In this document: in pieces, positions 17,898-27,293 of the stretch | Position numbering within the stretch: position 1 is the stretch's first letter | Layout of the letters: each line of letters begins with the position of its first letter | NCBI GenBank assembly: GCA_017513095.1 | Contig: JAFWDJ010000007.1 | Span: 39,733 to 103,732, forward strand | DNA from: Clostridia bacterium | GTDB lineage: Bacteria; Bacillota; Clostridia; Oscillospirales; RGIG577 | DNA: 64,000 nucleotides | Reading direction: 5' to 3' | Position numbers and translations under genes: made by a program | The notes under the pieces: model-generated | What the model saw: the letters and a program-made list of their open reading frames with translations, nothing else | What the model was told of the DNA's origin: nothing | Databases searched by the model: none

Positions 17898-18053
17898 ACA
17901 AGCCCTTTTGGAGCTGAAATCAAATTAGACACGGGGGTTCGGATCGTAAGACTTTTTCCCGGTTTCCGTTTTGAACTTTTTTGATTTTCGTGTCCAATTT
18001 GAAGTCCAAAATCAAAAGCCCAAAAAACCGCATGAAATCAAGGAAAATAAAAA

Positions 18054-18101
18054 AACATCCTTTGTTGTCCAAACCCGGGGGGTCAGATTGCAAAGGATGT
18101 T
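18054..18101 (-). terminator. Strong minus-strand terminator downstream of element Z
   Basis: AACATCCTTTG...CAAAGGATGTT, an 11-bp stem followed on the minus strand by TTTTTTTATTTT. Confidence 0.7.
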
Positions 18102-18106
18102 TCATT

Positions 18107-18163
18107 TGTCTATGGGGTACGAAAAAGATGGATTTGCGTTTTTTGATAGATGGTTTCGAACCC
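18107..18163. repeat. Copy Z of the conserved intergenic element
   Basis: tgtctatggggtacgaaaaagatggatttgcgttttttgatagatggtttcgaaccc. It starts 13 nt after the stop codon of the minus-strand gene 18177..19418. Confidence 0.85.
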
Positions 18164-18176
18164 ATGTAGGGCTTTT

Positions 18177-19418
18177 TTATTCTGATCCTTTAGATTTAAA
18201 AGCTTCTACTATTGGGATCATATTCGTTTTCCCTATATCTAATGAGGAAGCATGATTAAATAGCTGGTTAAATATATATTTCTTATCTTGAATTTTAGTT
18301 TGCTCAAAATAGCACTCCCTCTCGCTCAATGTGATAGTAACTTCCATAAAAGTCAACACATCCTCAGTACTAAAGGCCAAACGCTCTTTGGAAGTCATCT
18401 GCAGATATTCTTCTTTCAAAGGGAGCGTTGTATACGTCATCATGAAATAAACGGCAACGATATCCTCTTTGGCAATACGTGTTGCAACTTCATTAACTTT
18501 TCTATATATTGTTGTTTTTAGTCCACCGTTGAAAGAGTCAAGCTCAAATGTACTATCGCTAAAAACAATCATAAAAGTTGGCATAAGATCCGTTGTCCCA
18601 ATCACAACATTCATTAATACAAACTTGTTGAAATAATCGTCTCCCATCTTTGAATACAGCGGATGACGATTAAAATTGCTTAACGGAATACGTACACGAT
18701 CTCTTTTATCACCAGAATTCATTATCATTGCATATCTTTCTGCTCGCTCGAATTTTTTCTTTTGAGGATAATATACATAATCGTTAATTAAAAACATATC
18801 TCTTGGGATTTGTGAAAACTTTAGTCCGGAAATCTTTTCCATAATCACGTCAGAAAGTTTACTATGTTCTCCTACCTCCGCATACATAGCTTTCAGAAAA
18901 CATGACATGCTATGTATTCCTTCAATTATTTTTTTATATACATCTTCTTTACTAGTTTTATCATAGAAAGAAAACTCGGATGAGAAAAATACTTCAATTG
19001 GATTAATGCTGGCAAAAAAACTTTTCAAATCATCCAGGAGGTCAGATAATTCCATATCATTTTCAACGGAAAAGGTCTTGCTTAACACATGCATTCCAGC
19101 AAATGGAAAGAAAACCATAATATCAATTTGTTTGACAAGCTGAAATGGGTGCTCTTTCGTTGTTTCATTTCTTTTGTCAATCATCCACCTACAAGATGAA
19201 AGGTATTTGTCTCTATTCTTTTCGTAAATAGTTTTACAATCTGTGTGTGCAATAGATTTTTGCAATACAAATGTGACATTCCTATACTCAGAGAAAAAAC
19301 TATCAAGGGCTGATATATTGTCAAAAAAATCAGCTTCCTTGTTGAATCGCTCCAGGGAATTTAGCGCACTATAGTATTTTTGCAATGCCGGAAATAGATA
19401 GTCAGACATTATTATCAA
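18177..19418 (-). CDS. Orphan 413-aa protein, no recognisable domain, in an A+T-rich islet
   Basis: Long uninterrupted ORF in markedly A+T-rich DNA, 45 nt downstream of the KilA-N gene on the same strand. I could identify no motifs. Confidence 0.7.
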   Translation of the reverse strand: MIIMSDYLFPALQKYYSALNSLERFNKEADFFDNISALDSFFSEYRNVTFVLQKSIAHTDCKTIYEKNRDKYLSSCRWMIDKRNETTKEHPFQLVKQIDIMVFFPFAGMHVLSKTFSVENDMELSDLLDDLKSFFASINPIEVFFSSEFSFYDKTSKEDVYKKIIEGIHSMSCFLKAMYAEVGEHSKLSDVIMEKISGLKFSQIPRDMFLINDYVYYPQKKKFERAERYAMIMNSGDKRDRVRIPLSNFNRHPLYSKMGDDYFNKFVLMNVVIGTTDLMPTFMIVFSDSTFELDSFNGGLKTTIYRKVNEVATRIAKEDIVAVYFMMTYTTLPLKEEYLQMTSKERLAFSTEDVLTFMEVTITLSERECYFEQTKIQDKKYIFNQLFNHASSLDIGKTNMIPIVEAFKSKGSE

Positions 19419-19463
19419 CTCCTTAATGAAATCCTCTCAAAACAAAATATGGTGCGTCCGCTC

Positions 19464-20072
19464 TTATTCAGTATTGGCTGGATCAAATGTTTCCATTCTC
19501 GAACTTGTGAAAAACTTCAACACTTCGTATCTAAACTCAGCATCATTCCACATTTCAAAATCGCAGGCAATAAAGGGATGGGCCATCGTCCCACCGCCTT
19601 TGCCCTGCTTTGAGGTAATGCCAGTGGCATTCGTCAAGTCGATCCATTTCTTTGGTGTCAGAGTAAACTGCGGTGTTTTTGCATCAACCACTAGTTTTTG
19701 AAATGCCGCCTCATTGAATTGCGGATTGTTGCTCCGTTCCCACGCTGCCAGGAACTCAACTGTATTGCGGCTTCGCAGCCAGCTTTGAATTAAGTAGCTT
19801 GGATTCTCGGCGTCAAATTTGCGTGCAATTTCAGTCAAGGAAATATAATCATCGGATGGATGCAGATATTTGGCAACTGTTTCTTCGAGATAGGCGTTCA
19901 TCTTTGGCTCATAGATTGGCGCCTCATCCTTTAATATCGACTCAAAGATAACATCCAAATAGCGACTCCAGTCCTCTGCTCTGATGGGGGATAGCTTATT
20001 CACACGCACCAAAAACTTCTCTCTGGTTAGAGCGTATGCCCATTCCAGTTCCTCTTTGGTCGCTCTTGGCAT
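19464..20072 (-). CDS. KilA-N domain DNA-binding protein with a ~70-aa N-terminal extension
   Basis: DYISLTEIARKFDAENPSYLIQSWLRSRNTVEFLAAWERSNNPQFN...WIDLTNATGITSKQGKGGGTMAHPFIACDFEMWNDAEFRYEV matches the KilA-N family pattern. Confidence 0.7.
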   Translation of the reverse strand: MPRATKEELEWAYALTREKFLVRVNKLSPIRAEDWSRYLDVIFESILKDEAPIYEPKMNAYLEETVAKYLHPSDDYISLTEIARKFDAENPSYLIQSWLRSRNTVEFLAAWERSNNPQFNEAAFQKLVVDAKTPQFTLTPKKWIDLTNATGITSKQGKGGGTMAHPFIACDFEMWNDAEFRYEVLKFFTSSRMETFDPANTE

Positions 20073-20421
20073 CTGTTTTCACCACTTTCGCTTGATTGGG
20101 ATTCCGGCAGTTTTCCCCTTTCAAAAAGTACACGTCACAGTATTCTTCAAAATCGATGATACCCTTCGTGTATTTCCCATTGTTTAGCAGTTTATTAAGC
20201 ACATCTCTGCTCCAATGTGCATTTCCAGAGGGAGAAGGAATTCCTTGGTTGAATAAATAGCTTTGAATAGATTCCAAACTATTTCCAGCTCTGTAGAGCC
20301 CGAAAATAGTTTTGACAACTTCCGCTTGTTCGGGCACGACTTCAACAAGCCCCTGCTTGTCCCTTCTGTAGCCGTAGCAGATTCTTCCGAAAAGTCTTGA
20401 TTCGACTAATGACAATTTCAT
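19996..20421 (-). pseudogene. Remnant of a large serine recombinase (recombinase domain only; catalytic resolvase domain and zinc-ribbon/coiled-coil missing)
   Basis: FGRICYGYRRDKQGLVEVVPEQAEVVKTIFGLYRAGNSLESIQSYLFNQGIPSPSGNAHWSRDVLNKLLNNGKYTKG matches the recombinase (PF07508-like) domain. No resolvase domain is encoded upstream (20422-20670 is non-coding). The 3' end overlaps the KilA-N ORF. Confidence 0.7.
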
Positions 20422-20628
20422 AATTTTGGTTCCTTTCTAATTATACTGATTTCAACGTGCGTTTTCAATATAAAACACAAATATTAGTGGAATTAGTGCA
20501 AATTCAAAACCTCTATATTAGTGATTTATTTCGTCGGCTGATTGTTTTGGAGTTGTTTTTGATATGAAAATGGAGCAGATTTCCTCGAAAATCCGCTCCA
20601 AAACAGCATTTATTCACTTATTTGTGGG

Positions 20629-20671
20629 ATAAAAAGAGACAAACAGGCTTTTATCCAGCTTGTTTGTCTCT
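20629..20671 (-). terminator. ssrA terminator
   Basis: The minus strand reads AGAGACAAACA...TGTTTGTCTCT followed by TTTTTA, immediately after the tmRNA CCA end. Confidence 0.75.
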
Positions 20672-20673
20672 TT

Positions 20674-21028
20674 TGGTGGAGGCGAGGAGAGTCGAACTCC
20701 TGTCCGAAAACACGTCCCCCCGACTTTCTACGGATATAGCCTGATGTTTATAATTCCCTACGATGCACGCCGACAGGCGGGCTTACATTTTCGGTAGCTT
20801 CATTTTACATGACGCGGGCAAAGCTTACCGCGTACACGTTCACCGCTGATCGACGCCCCATCCCATGCCGCGGTCCTCACGGGCGGGACGGCTGTGCGTA
20901 ATTACGCAGCTACTGCTAATCTGTTAGTTCTGTTAGCGTTTATTTTTAAAGTTGCCCGTTTTTAAATGGCCGGGCGCCATTATCCGCTTATCGGGCTTCG
21001 GCATCCCCGTCGAAACCGGTACGCCCCC
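20674..21028 (-). ncRNA. ssrA: tmRNA (transfer-messenger RNA)
   Basis: On the minus strand the 5' end is GGGGGCGTACCGGTTTCGACGGGGATGCC and the 3' end is GGAGTTCGACTCTCCTCGCCTCCACCA (T-arm, acceptor and CCA). The internal tag frame GCT AAC AGA ACT AAC AGA TTA GCA GTA GCT GCG TAA predicts the tag ANRTNRLAVAA. It lies directly downstream of smpB. Confidence 0.9.
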
Positions 21029-21032
21029 GTAA

Positions 21033-21497
21033 TTATCTCATTTTCTGCTTTATCGCGCGGTCTATTTCACGGTTCGCGTCGCGCGACGCAATGCTCTGAC
21101 GCTTGTCGTATTCCTTCTTGCCCTTTGTAAGCGCTATTTCAACCTTTACGAGCGAGCCTTTGAAATACACGCTCAGCGGGATTATCGCGCATCCGTCCTG
21201 CTTCATTTTACCGAAAAGGCGGTTTATCTCGCGCTTGTGCATGAGCAGCTTTCGTTCCCGCAGCGGGTCTTTATTGAAAATATTGCCCTTTTCGTAAGGG
21301 CTTATATGCATTCCCCTTACAAAAAGCTCGCCGTCCTTTATAAAGCAGTACGAATCCTTCAGATTGAGCTGCCCAAGACGCACGGACTTAACCTCCGTGC
21401 CGAAAAGCTCTATCCCCGCTTCGAACTTCTCAAGTATAAAGTAATCGTGATACGCTTTTTTATTTTTTGCCGCAATTTTTACAGAAGGAGCCGACAT
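21033..21497 (-). CDS. smpB: SsrA-binding protein SmpB
   Basis: 154 aa with KNKKAYHDYFILEKFEAGIELFGTEVKSVR and LLMHKREI motifs. Confidence 0.95.
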   Translation of the reverse strand: MSAPSVKIAAKNKKAYHDYFILEKFEAGIELFGTEVKSVRLGQLNLKDSYCFIKDGELFVRGMHISPYEKGNIFNKDPLRERKLLMHKREINRLFGKMKQDGCAIIPLSVYFKGSLVKVEIALTKGKKEYDKRQSIASRDANREIDRAIKQKMR

Positions 21498-21665
21498 ATT
21501 TTCCTCCGATCAAGTTTTATCCGTGTTTTTTTATTATACCCATGCGGCGTGCCCGCGTCAAGGAGCATTTTGTCAAATCCGCCTGCCGCCCGCTTTAAAA
21601 CGCATAAGGGCGCGGCTTAGTCAATATATTTTATATGATAAAAACGGCTTTTTGGGGGTGAAAAC

Positions 21666-22229
21666 ATGGGGCTTTGGGAAATATTCTTTATCGCCGCAGG
21701 CCTCTCGGCGGACGCCTTCGCGATAGCGCTGTGCAAAGGGCTCGGAATGCGGAGGCGGGACTGTCGCTTTGCCGCGATCGCAGGCCTCTTTTTCGGCGGC
21801 TCACAGGCTCTCATGCCCCTGCTCGGCTGGTTTACGGGCGTTCACTTTTCACGCTTCATCGTAAGCTTCGACCACTTTATCGTGTTTTCGCTGCTTTCAT
21901 TCATCGGCGCGAAAATGATATTCGACGCCTTCGGCGGGGAGCCCGCAGCCGCATTCGGGATATACAGTCTTAAAGAGCTCGTCGCTCTTTCGTTCGCGAC
22001 GAGCATCGACGCGTTCACGGTAGGCATGAGCTTTGCGTTCCTTCGCGCCCCCGTAATGCTCGCCGCGTTAATAATCGGCGCGGTCACGTTCTTCGTGTCG
22101 TTTTCGGGTGTAATTCTGGGCGGCGTATTCGGCGCATCGTTCAAACGTCCCGCGCAGATCGCGGGCGGGGCTTCGCTTATCTTTATCGGCATAAAAATTC
22201 TTATAGAGCATCTTTCAATGCATTTGTAG
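21666..22229 (+). CDS. mntP: Manganese efflux pump MntP
   Basis: 187-aa polytopic protein. MGLWEIFFIAAGLSADAFAIALCKGL and SIDAFTVGMSF are duplicated MntP/DUF204 motifs. Confidence 0.85.
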   Translation: MGLWEIFFIAAGLSADAFAIALCKGLGMRRRDCRFAAIAGLFFGGSQALMPLLGWFTGVHFSRFIVSFDHFIVFSLLSFIGAKMIFDAFGGEPAAAFGIYSLKELVALSFATSIDAFTVGMSFAFLRAPVMLAALIIGAVTFFVSFSGVILGGVFGASFKRPAQIAGGASLIFIGIKILIEHLSMHL

Positions 22230-22425
22230 CGCATATCCTCGTTTCTTCAAAGCCGCGTCGTCTTCACGTTTCAAAAACGGCCGCTCCCGCGTCGGCCGCT
22301 TTGTATAATTCTTACATGATTTTCTGCCTCTATTGACAACGCGTCACGATTGGTAATATTATAATTATTAGGCCTTAAATCACCGGCATTTTTATATGCC
22401 AAAAACAAAGAAAACGGAGAATAAA

Positions 22426-23796
22426 ATGAATCGTGACGTATTTGAAAAGCTGCCCATTCCGAAGGCGGTAATGTCTTTGGCAATACCCTCGGTCTTGAGC
22501 ATGCTCGTTGCAATAGTATACAACATGGCCGACACCTTCTTCGTCGGTCAGACGGGCGACCCCAATCAGGTCGCGGCCGTATCGCTGACCATGCCGCTTT
22601 TCTTTATATTCCTCGCCGTGGGCAATATATTCGGCATCGGCGGCGGCACGTTCATATCTCGTTCGCTGGGCGCAAAGCTCTTCGATAAGATAAAAAACAT
22701 CTCAAGCTCGTGCTTCTATATGTCGGTCGCGGCGGCGCTCGCGCTCACGGCCGTGTTCCTTATATTCATGACGCCGATACTCCACCTTATGGGCACGTCC
22801 GAGGCGACGGAGGGCTTTACGCGCTCGTATCTTACGTTCCTCTCCATAGGCATCGTGTTCTCGGTCGAGTCCATAATGCTTTCCAACATAATCCGCGCCG
22901 AGGGCGCGGCGAAAAGGGCGATGCTCGGCATGATATTCGGCTCGGTGGTAAATATAATCCTCGACCCGATAATGATACTCGCCCTGGGCATGGGCGTATC
23001 CGGCGCGGCTATTGCTACGGTAATCGGCAATATCTGCTCCGTGACGTTCTATCTTCTCTATTTTCGGCGCAAGGATACGGCGCTTTCCGTATCGCCGAAA
23101 TACTTTACGCTGCACGAAATCTGGGGACCTATATTCATGATAGGCCTCCCCGCTTCGGTGAACAACATACTGATGGGACTTTGCAACCTCATACTTAACA
23201 ACGTGCTGTCAAGCTACGGTGACTATCCCGTTGCCGCAATGGGCGTGGCGCTCAGAGCTAATATGCTCGTCGTAATGCTTCAGATGGGCTTCTCCATCGG
23301 CATACAGCCGCTCATCGGCTACTCCTACGGCGCGAAGAATTATACGCGCATGAAAAAGGCCATCGGCTTTACAATGATATGCACCACGATAATAGGCGTG
23401 GCGCTTACGATAGCGTATTACTTTAATACGGAGTTCATCATAACGGCGTTCATAAAGGACGAAACGGTCATAATGTACGGAGTGAAGATGCTGCGCGCAC
23501 TGATGATAGCGGGGCCGCTTTTAGGCATCCTGTTTACGTTCACGTTTTCATTTCAGGCGATGGGGCGCGCGATACCCTCGCTGCTTCTCTCCGTCGCGCG
23601 TCAGGGACTCTTCTTTTTGCCGACGCTGTTTATCGCCAACAAGATATGGGGGCTCGACGGCATTATATATACGCAGCCTGTCACCGACCTATTAACAATG
23701 GCTGTTGCGGCCGTGATGTTCTTTACGATGATGCATAACATAAATAAAAAGGCCGCCGAGGAATCCGCTGCCGTGCCGCCGCCGCAAAACGCTTAA
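22426..23796 (+). CDS. MATE-family efflux transporter
   Basis: 12-TM-like protein with LAIPSVLSMLVAIVYNMADTFFVGQ. The start was chosen at MNRDVFEKL, which has a GGAGA RBS. Confidence 0.85.
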   Translation: MNRDVFEKLPIPKAVMSLAIPSVLSMLVAIVYNMADTFFVGQTGDPNQVAAVSLTMPLFFIFLAVGNIFGIGGGTFISRSLGAKLFDKIKNISSSCFYMSVAAALALTAVFLIFMTPILHLMGTSEATEGFTRSYLTFLSIGIVFSVESIMLSNIIRAEGAAKRAMLGMIFGSVVNIILDPIMILALGMGVSGAAIATVIGNICSVTFYLLYFRRKDTALSVSPKYFTLHEIWGPIFMIGLPASVNNILMGLCNLILNNVLSSYGDYPVAAMGVALRANMLVVMLQMGFSIGIQPLIGYSYGAKNYTRMKKAIGFTMICTTIIGVALTIAYYFNTEFIITAFIKDETVIMYGVKMLRALMIAGPLLGILFTFTFSFQAMGRAIPSLLLSVARQGLFFLPTLFIANKIWGLDGIIYTQPVTDLLTMAVAAVMFFTMMHNINKKAAEESAAVPPPQNA

Positions 23797-23855
23797 ATAA
23801 ACAAAAAAGCTCCGTGCCTCATCGACGAAAACCGTCGTAGGCCTGCGGAGCTTTT

Positions 23856-24701
23856 TTACGTCGGCTTCTTTGCCGCGTCCTTCGCGCACCAGAACGTGAC
23901 AGACGCGAGGACTATAACGGCGCCGATAAGCGACCACATTCCGGGCTTCTCTCCCGCAAAGAGAAATACCCACAGCGGATTTAAAAGCGGCTCAAGAATC
24001 GCGATAAGCGACGCTGTAAGCGGCGGGCAGTTCTTCAGTGCCAGGGCGTAGATCGCGTAAGGCAGGCCGAGCTGGAATACGCCGAGCATCGCTATAAGCA
24101 AAAGCGTCTGGCCCGTAACGGGCGTATCGAACGCCGCCGCGAACGGCAGCCCTATGACCGCCGTTAAAAGCTGTCCCTGAAATATACCCGAAAAGCGCGT
24201 GCTTTCGTCGGCCTCTCCGGAGTTTATGAATACACCGGCGAAGAATATGCCGGACATGAGCCCCGCCAGATTGCCGAGCACGCTGCCCGCCGAAAGGCCG
24301 TCGAAAAAGAACAGCACTATTCCGCCGAGCGTGAGAAAGATAACGGCGTAATCCGTCGCCGCAAAGCGCTTTCTTTTGAATACGGCGTAATACAAAAGAA
24401 TTATCACGGGCGCGCAGTACTGGAGCACTATCGCGTTCGCGGCCGTCGTAAGCTTTGTGGAAAGCACGAACATAAGAAGCGTGCCCGCGAGCGCTATGGC
24501 GATGCTCACCGTGCGTTTACTTATTTTAAGCTCCAGACGCATGAGCTTTATCGAAATAAACACAACGATCGCGGCGATAAGGCTTCGCGCGCCCGAAAGC
24601 GCCATCGCGTTCCACGGGATGAGCTTTATGAATATTCCGCCCGTGCTCCACAGCACGGAGCAGATTATTATCTGAAGCATTCCGAGACGTTTAGCGTCCA
24701 T
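23856..24701 (-). CDS. EamA/DMT-family transporter
   Basis: 281-aa protein with about 10 predicted TM segments and two EamA-like halves. Confidence 0.75.
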   Translation of the reverse strand: MDAKRLGMLQIIICSVLWSTGGIFIKLIPWNAMALSGARSLIAAIVVFISIKLMRLELKISKRTVSIAIALAGTLLMFVLSTKLTTAANAIVLQYCAPVIILLYYAVFKRKRFAATDYAVIFLTLGGIVLFFFDGLSAGSVLGNLAGLMSGIFFAGVFINSGEADESTRFSGIFQGQLLTAVIGLPFAAAFDTPVTGQTLLLIAMLGVFQLGLPYAIYALALKNCPPLTASLIAILEPLLNPLWVFLFAGEKPGMWSLIGAVIVLASVTFWCAKDAAKKPT

Positions 24702-24777
24702 AGATTCTTAGCCTTTCATAAATTTTTACGGTAATATAAATCAAAGCGTGCCTTTCGGCACACTTTGATAGCTTTGC

Positions 24778-25489
<712 letters not shown>

Positions 25490-25503
<14 letters not shown>

Positions 25504-26206
25504 GCTCGTTCAACTTCCTTTCCATTGCGGCAAACAGCTTGGACAATATCGTCGTTACGCCAAGATAAATAAGCGCGATTATGATAAGCGGGAAAAACGC
25601 CTCATAAGTGCGGCTCGTAATTACGCTCTGCACCTTTGTAAGGTCGGCAAGGCCGATGTAGCCGACGATAGCCGTCTCCTTAACAAGCACAATAAATTCG
25701 CTCGCGTATGTGGGCAGTATCATTCTCGCCGCCTGAGGCATAATAATGCTTATCATCGTCTGCGACTTTGAAAGGCCCAAAGAGCGCCCCGCCTCGTGCT
25801 GGCCCTTGTCGACGGAGATAATGCCCGAACGTATTATCTCAGCAATATAGGCCGCGCTGTTGCAGGAGAACGCGAATATCGCGACCATCATCTTCGACGC
25901 ATCGGGTGATGTGAAGATAACGAGATACGCGATGAGCAGCTGCACCATCGTAGGCGTGCCGCGTATGAAGTCTATGTACACTATCGAAATAAAGCGGAAT
26001 ATTTTCACGCTCGATATCTTCATCAGCGCAAGGATTATTCCGAATATCGTTCCGAAGATTATCGCCGCTATCGTTACGGTCAGCGTGACCTGCAGACCTT
26101 CGAGATACAGCTTATAGCGGTCGGCGTACAAGAACGCCTGATAGAAGTTATTTCCCGCCGTCTGGAACCAGGCGGACAGGGCCGATAAAATATCCAATCG
26201 TGTCAC
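25490..26206 (-). CDS. Amino-acid ABC transporter permease
   Basis: HisM/GlnP-type permease with the EAA-like loop [28 protein letters not shown]. Confidence 0.9.
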
Positions 26207-26330
26207 TCCTTAAAAAAAGTTACGCAATCTTAAATCAAAACTCAAAGCCGCCCTCAAATTCTGATTTAAAATCGGTATTATTAAGTGAGGAGCAGATTTT
26301 TGCTCCTCACTTAACACATCGAAACAAAAA

Positions 26331-27218
26331 TTATTTCAAAACAATGATGGCCTGAGTGGACTCATAGTAGTCGGTCGAGAAGTCAACGTTTTGTCTTCTC
26401 TCCTCAGTGTTCGTCATGCCTGCTGCGATGAAGTCGATCTTGCCGGTGGAAAGAGCTGCGATGAGCGAGTCAAAGTTCATGTCTTCGATTCTCAGCGTCT
26501 TGCCTGCCTTGTAAGCGATCCATTTTGCAATTTCAACGTCGAAGCCTGCGATCTCGTTTGCGTCGTCTCTGAACTCGAAGGGCTCAAATTCGGCGTTCGT
26601 ACCCATGATTATCTCGCCGTCAGCCTCGTACTCCGGTACCTCGGGGATAACTGCTTCCTCGTCGCCCGTGATGTAGTATGCGAAGATCTGATCGTATGCG
26701 CCGTTCTCCTGAAGCTCTGCGATAGTGTCGTTTACTATGGCAAGAAGCTCGGGGTTGTCCTTCTTAACGGCGATAGCGTACTTTTCAATCTCGTCCGTCG
26801 GCTGGAAGTCGAGAATTACCATGTCTTCGTTTCTCTCAACTATCTTCTTTGCCGGCATCTCGTCGATGATAACGCAGTCAACGCGGCCGTTCTTAAGCTC
26901 CATAGCGGCGTCGGTAGCCTTCTTGAAGCGGGTTATCTCTGCGCCCTCAATTTCGGATGCGATAAGGTCGCCGGTGGTGCCTTCCTGAACGGCTATCTTC
27001 TTGCCTACGAGGTCTGCGGGAGAAGCGAGAACCACGCCGGTCTGCTCCTCTGCCGTCTGCTCTTCCTGCTGCTCTGCGTCGCCCTGGGAATCGGACTTGC
27101 TGTTAGACGAGCAGCCTGCGAAGAGCACGCCCATCATGAGCACGGCTAAAATAAGTGCTAAATATCTTTTCATGTTACCTTTCCTTTCTTTATGGTTTTT
27201 GTCCTTGTAATTATACAT
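26331..27218 (-). CDS. Amino-acid ABC transporter substrate-binding lipoprotein
   Basis: Lipobox LFAGCSS, a low-complexity linker and a family-3 SBP domain. A hairpin at about 26283-26312 separates it from the permease gene. Confidence 0.85.
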   Translation of the reverse strand: MYNYKDKNHKERKGNMKRYLALILAVLMMGVLFAGCSSNSKSDSQGDAEQQEEQTAEEQTGVVLASPADLVGKKIAVQEGTTGDLIASEIEGAEITRFKKATDAAMELKNGRVDCVIIDEMPAKKIVERNEDMVILDFQPTDEIEKYAIAVKKDNPELLAIVNDTIAELQENGAYDQIFAYYITGDEEAVIPEVPEYEADGEIIMGTNAEFEPFEFRDDANEIAGFDVEIAKWIAYKAGKTLRIEDMNFDSLIAALSTGKIDFIAAGMTNTEERRQNVDFSTDYYESTQAIIVLK

Positions 27219-27293
27219 TTTAAATGCACAAAATTCAATAGTTTACATGTATTTAATCAATTTTTATATTTAGTTGTGAAACGAAGCTTTTAT

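Noticed and set aside
20564-20632. 22-codon ORF (MKMEQISSKIRSKTAFIHLFVG) between the recombinase relic and ssrA, considered as a type I toxin or leader peptide
   Set aside because: It has no convincing RBS, no hydrophobic toxin-like character and no conservation evidence. It is most likely chance in A+T-rich DNA.
21498-21665. Expected yybP-ykoY manganese riboswitch upstream of mntP
   Set aside because: I could not find the conserved GGGGAGUAG or the paired UUGACAUA/AGACC-type elements in the 168-nt leader. No call is possible without a covariance-model scan.
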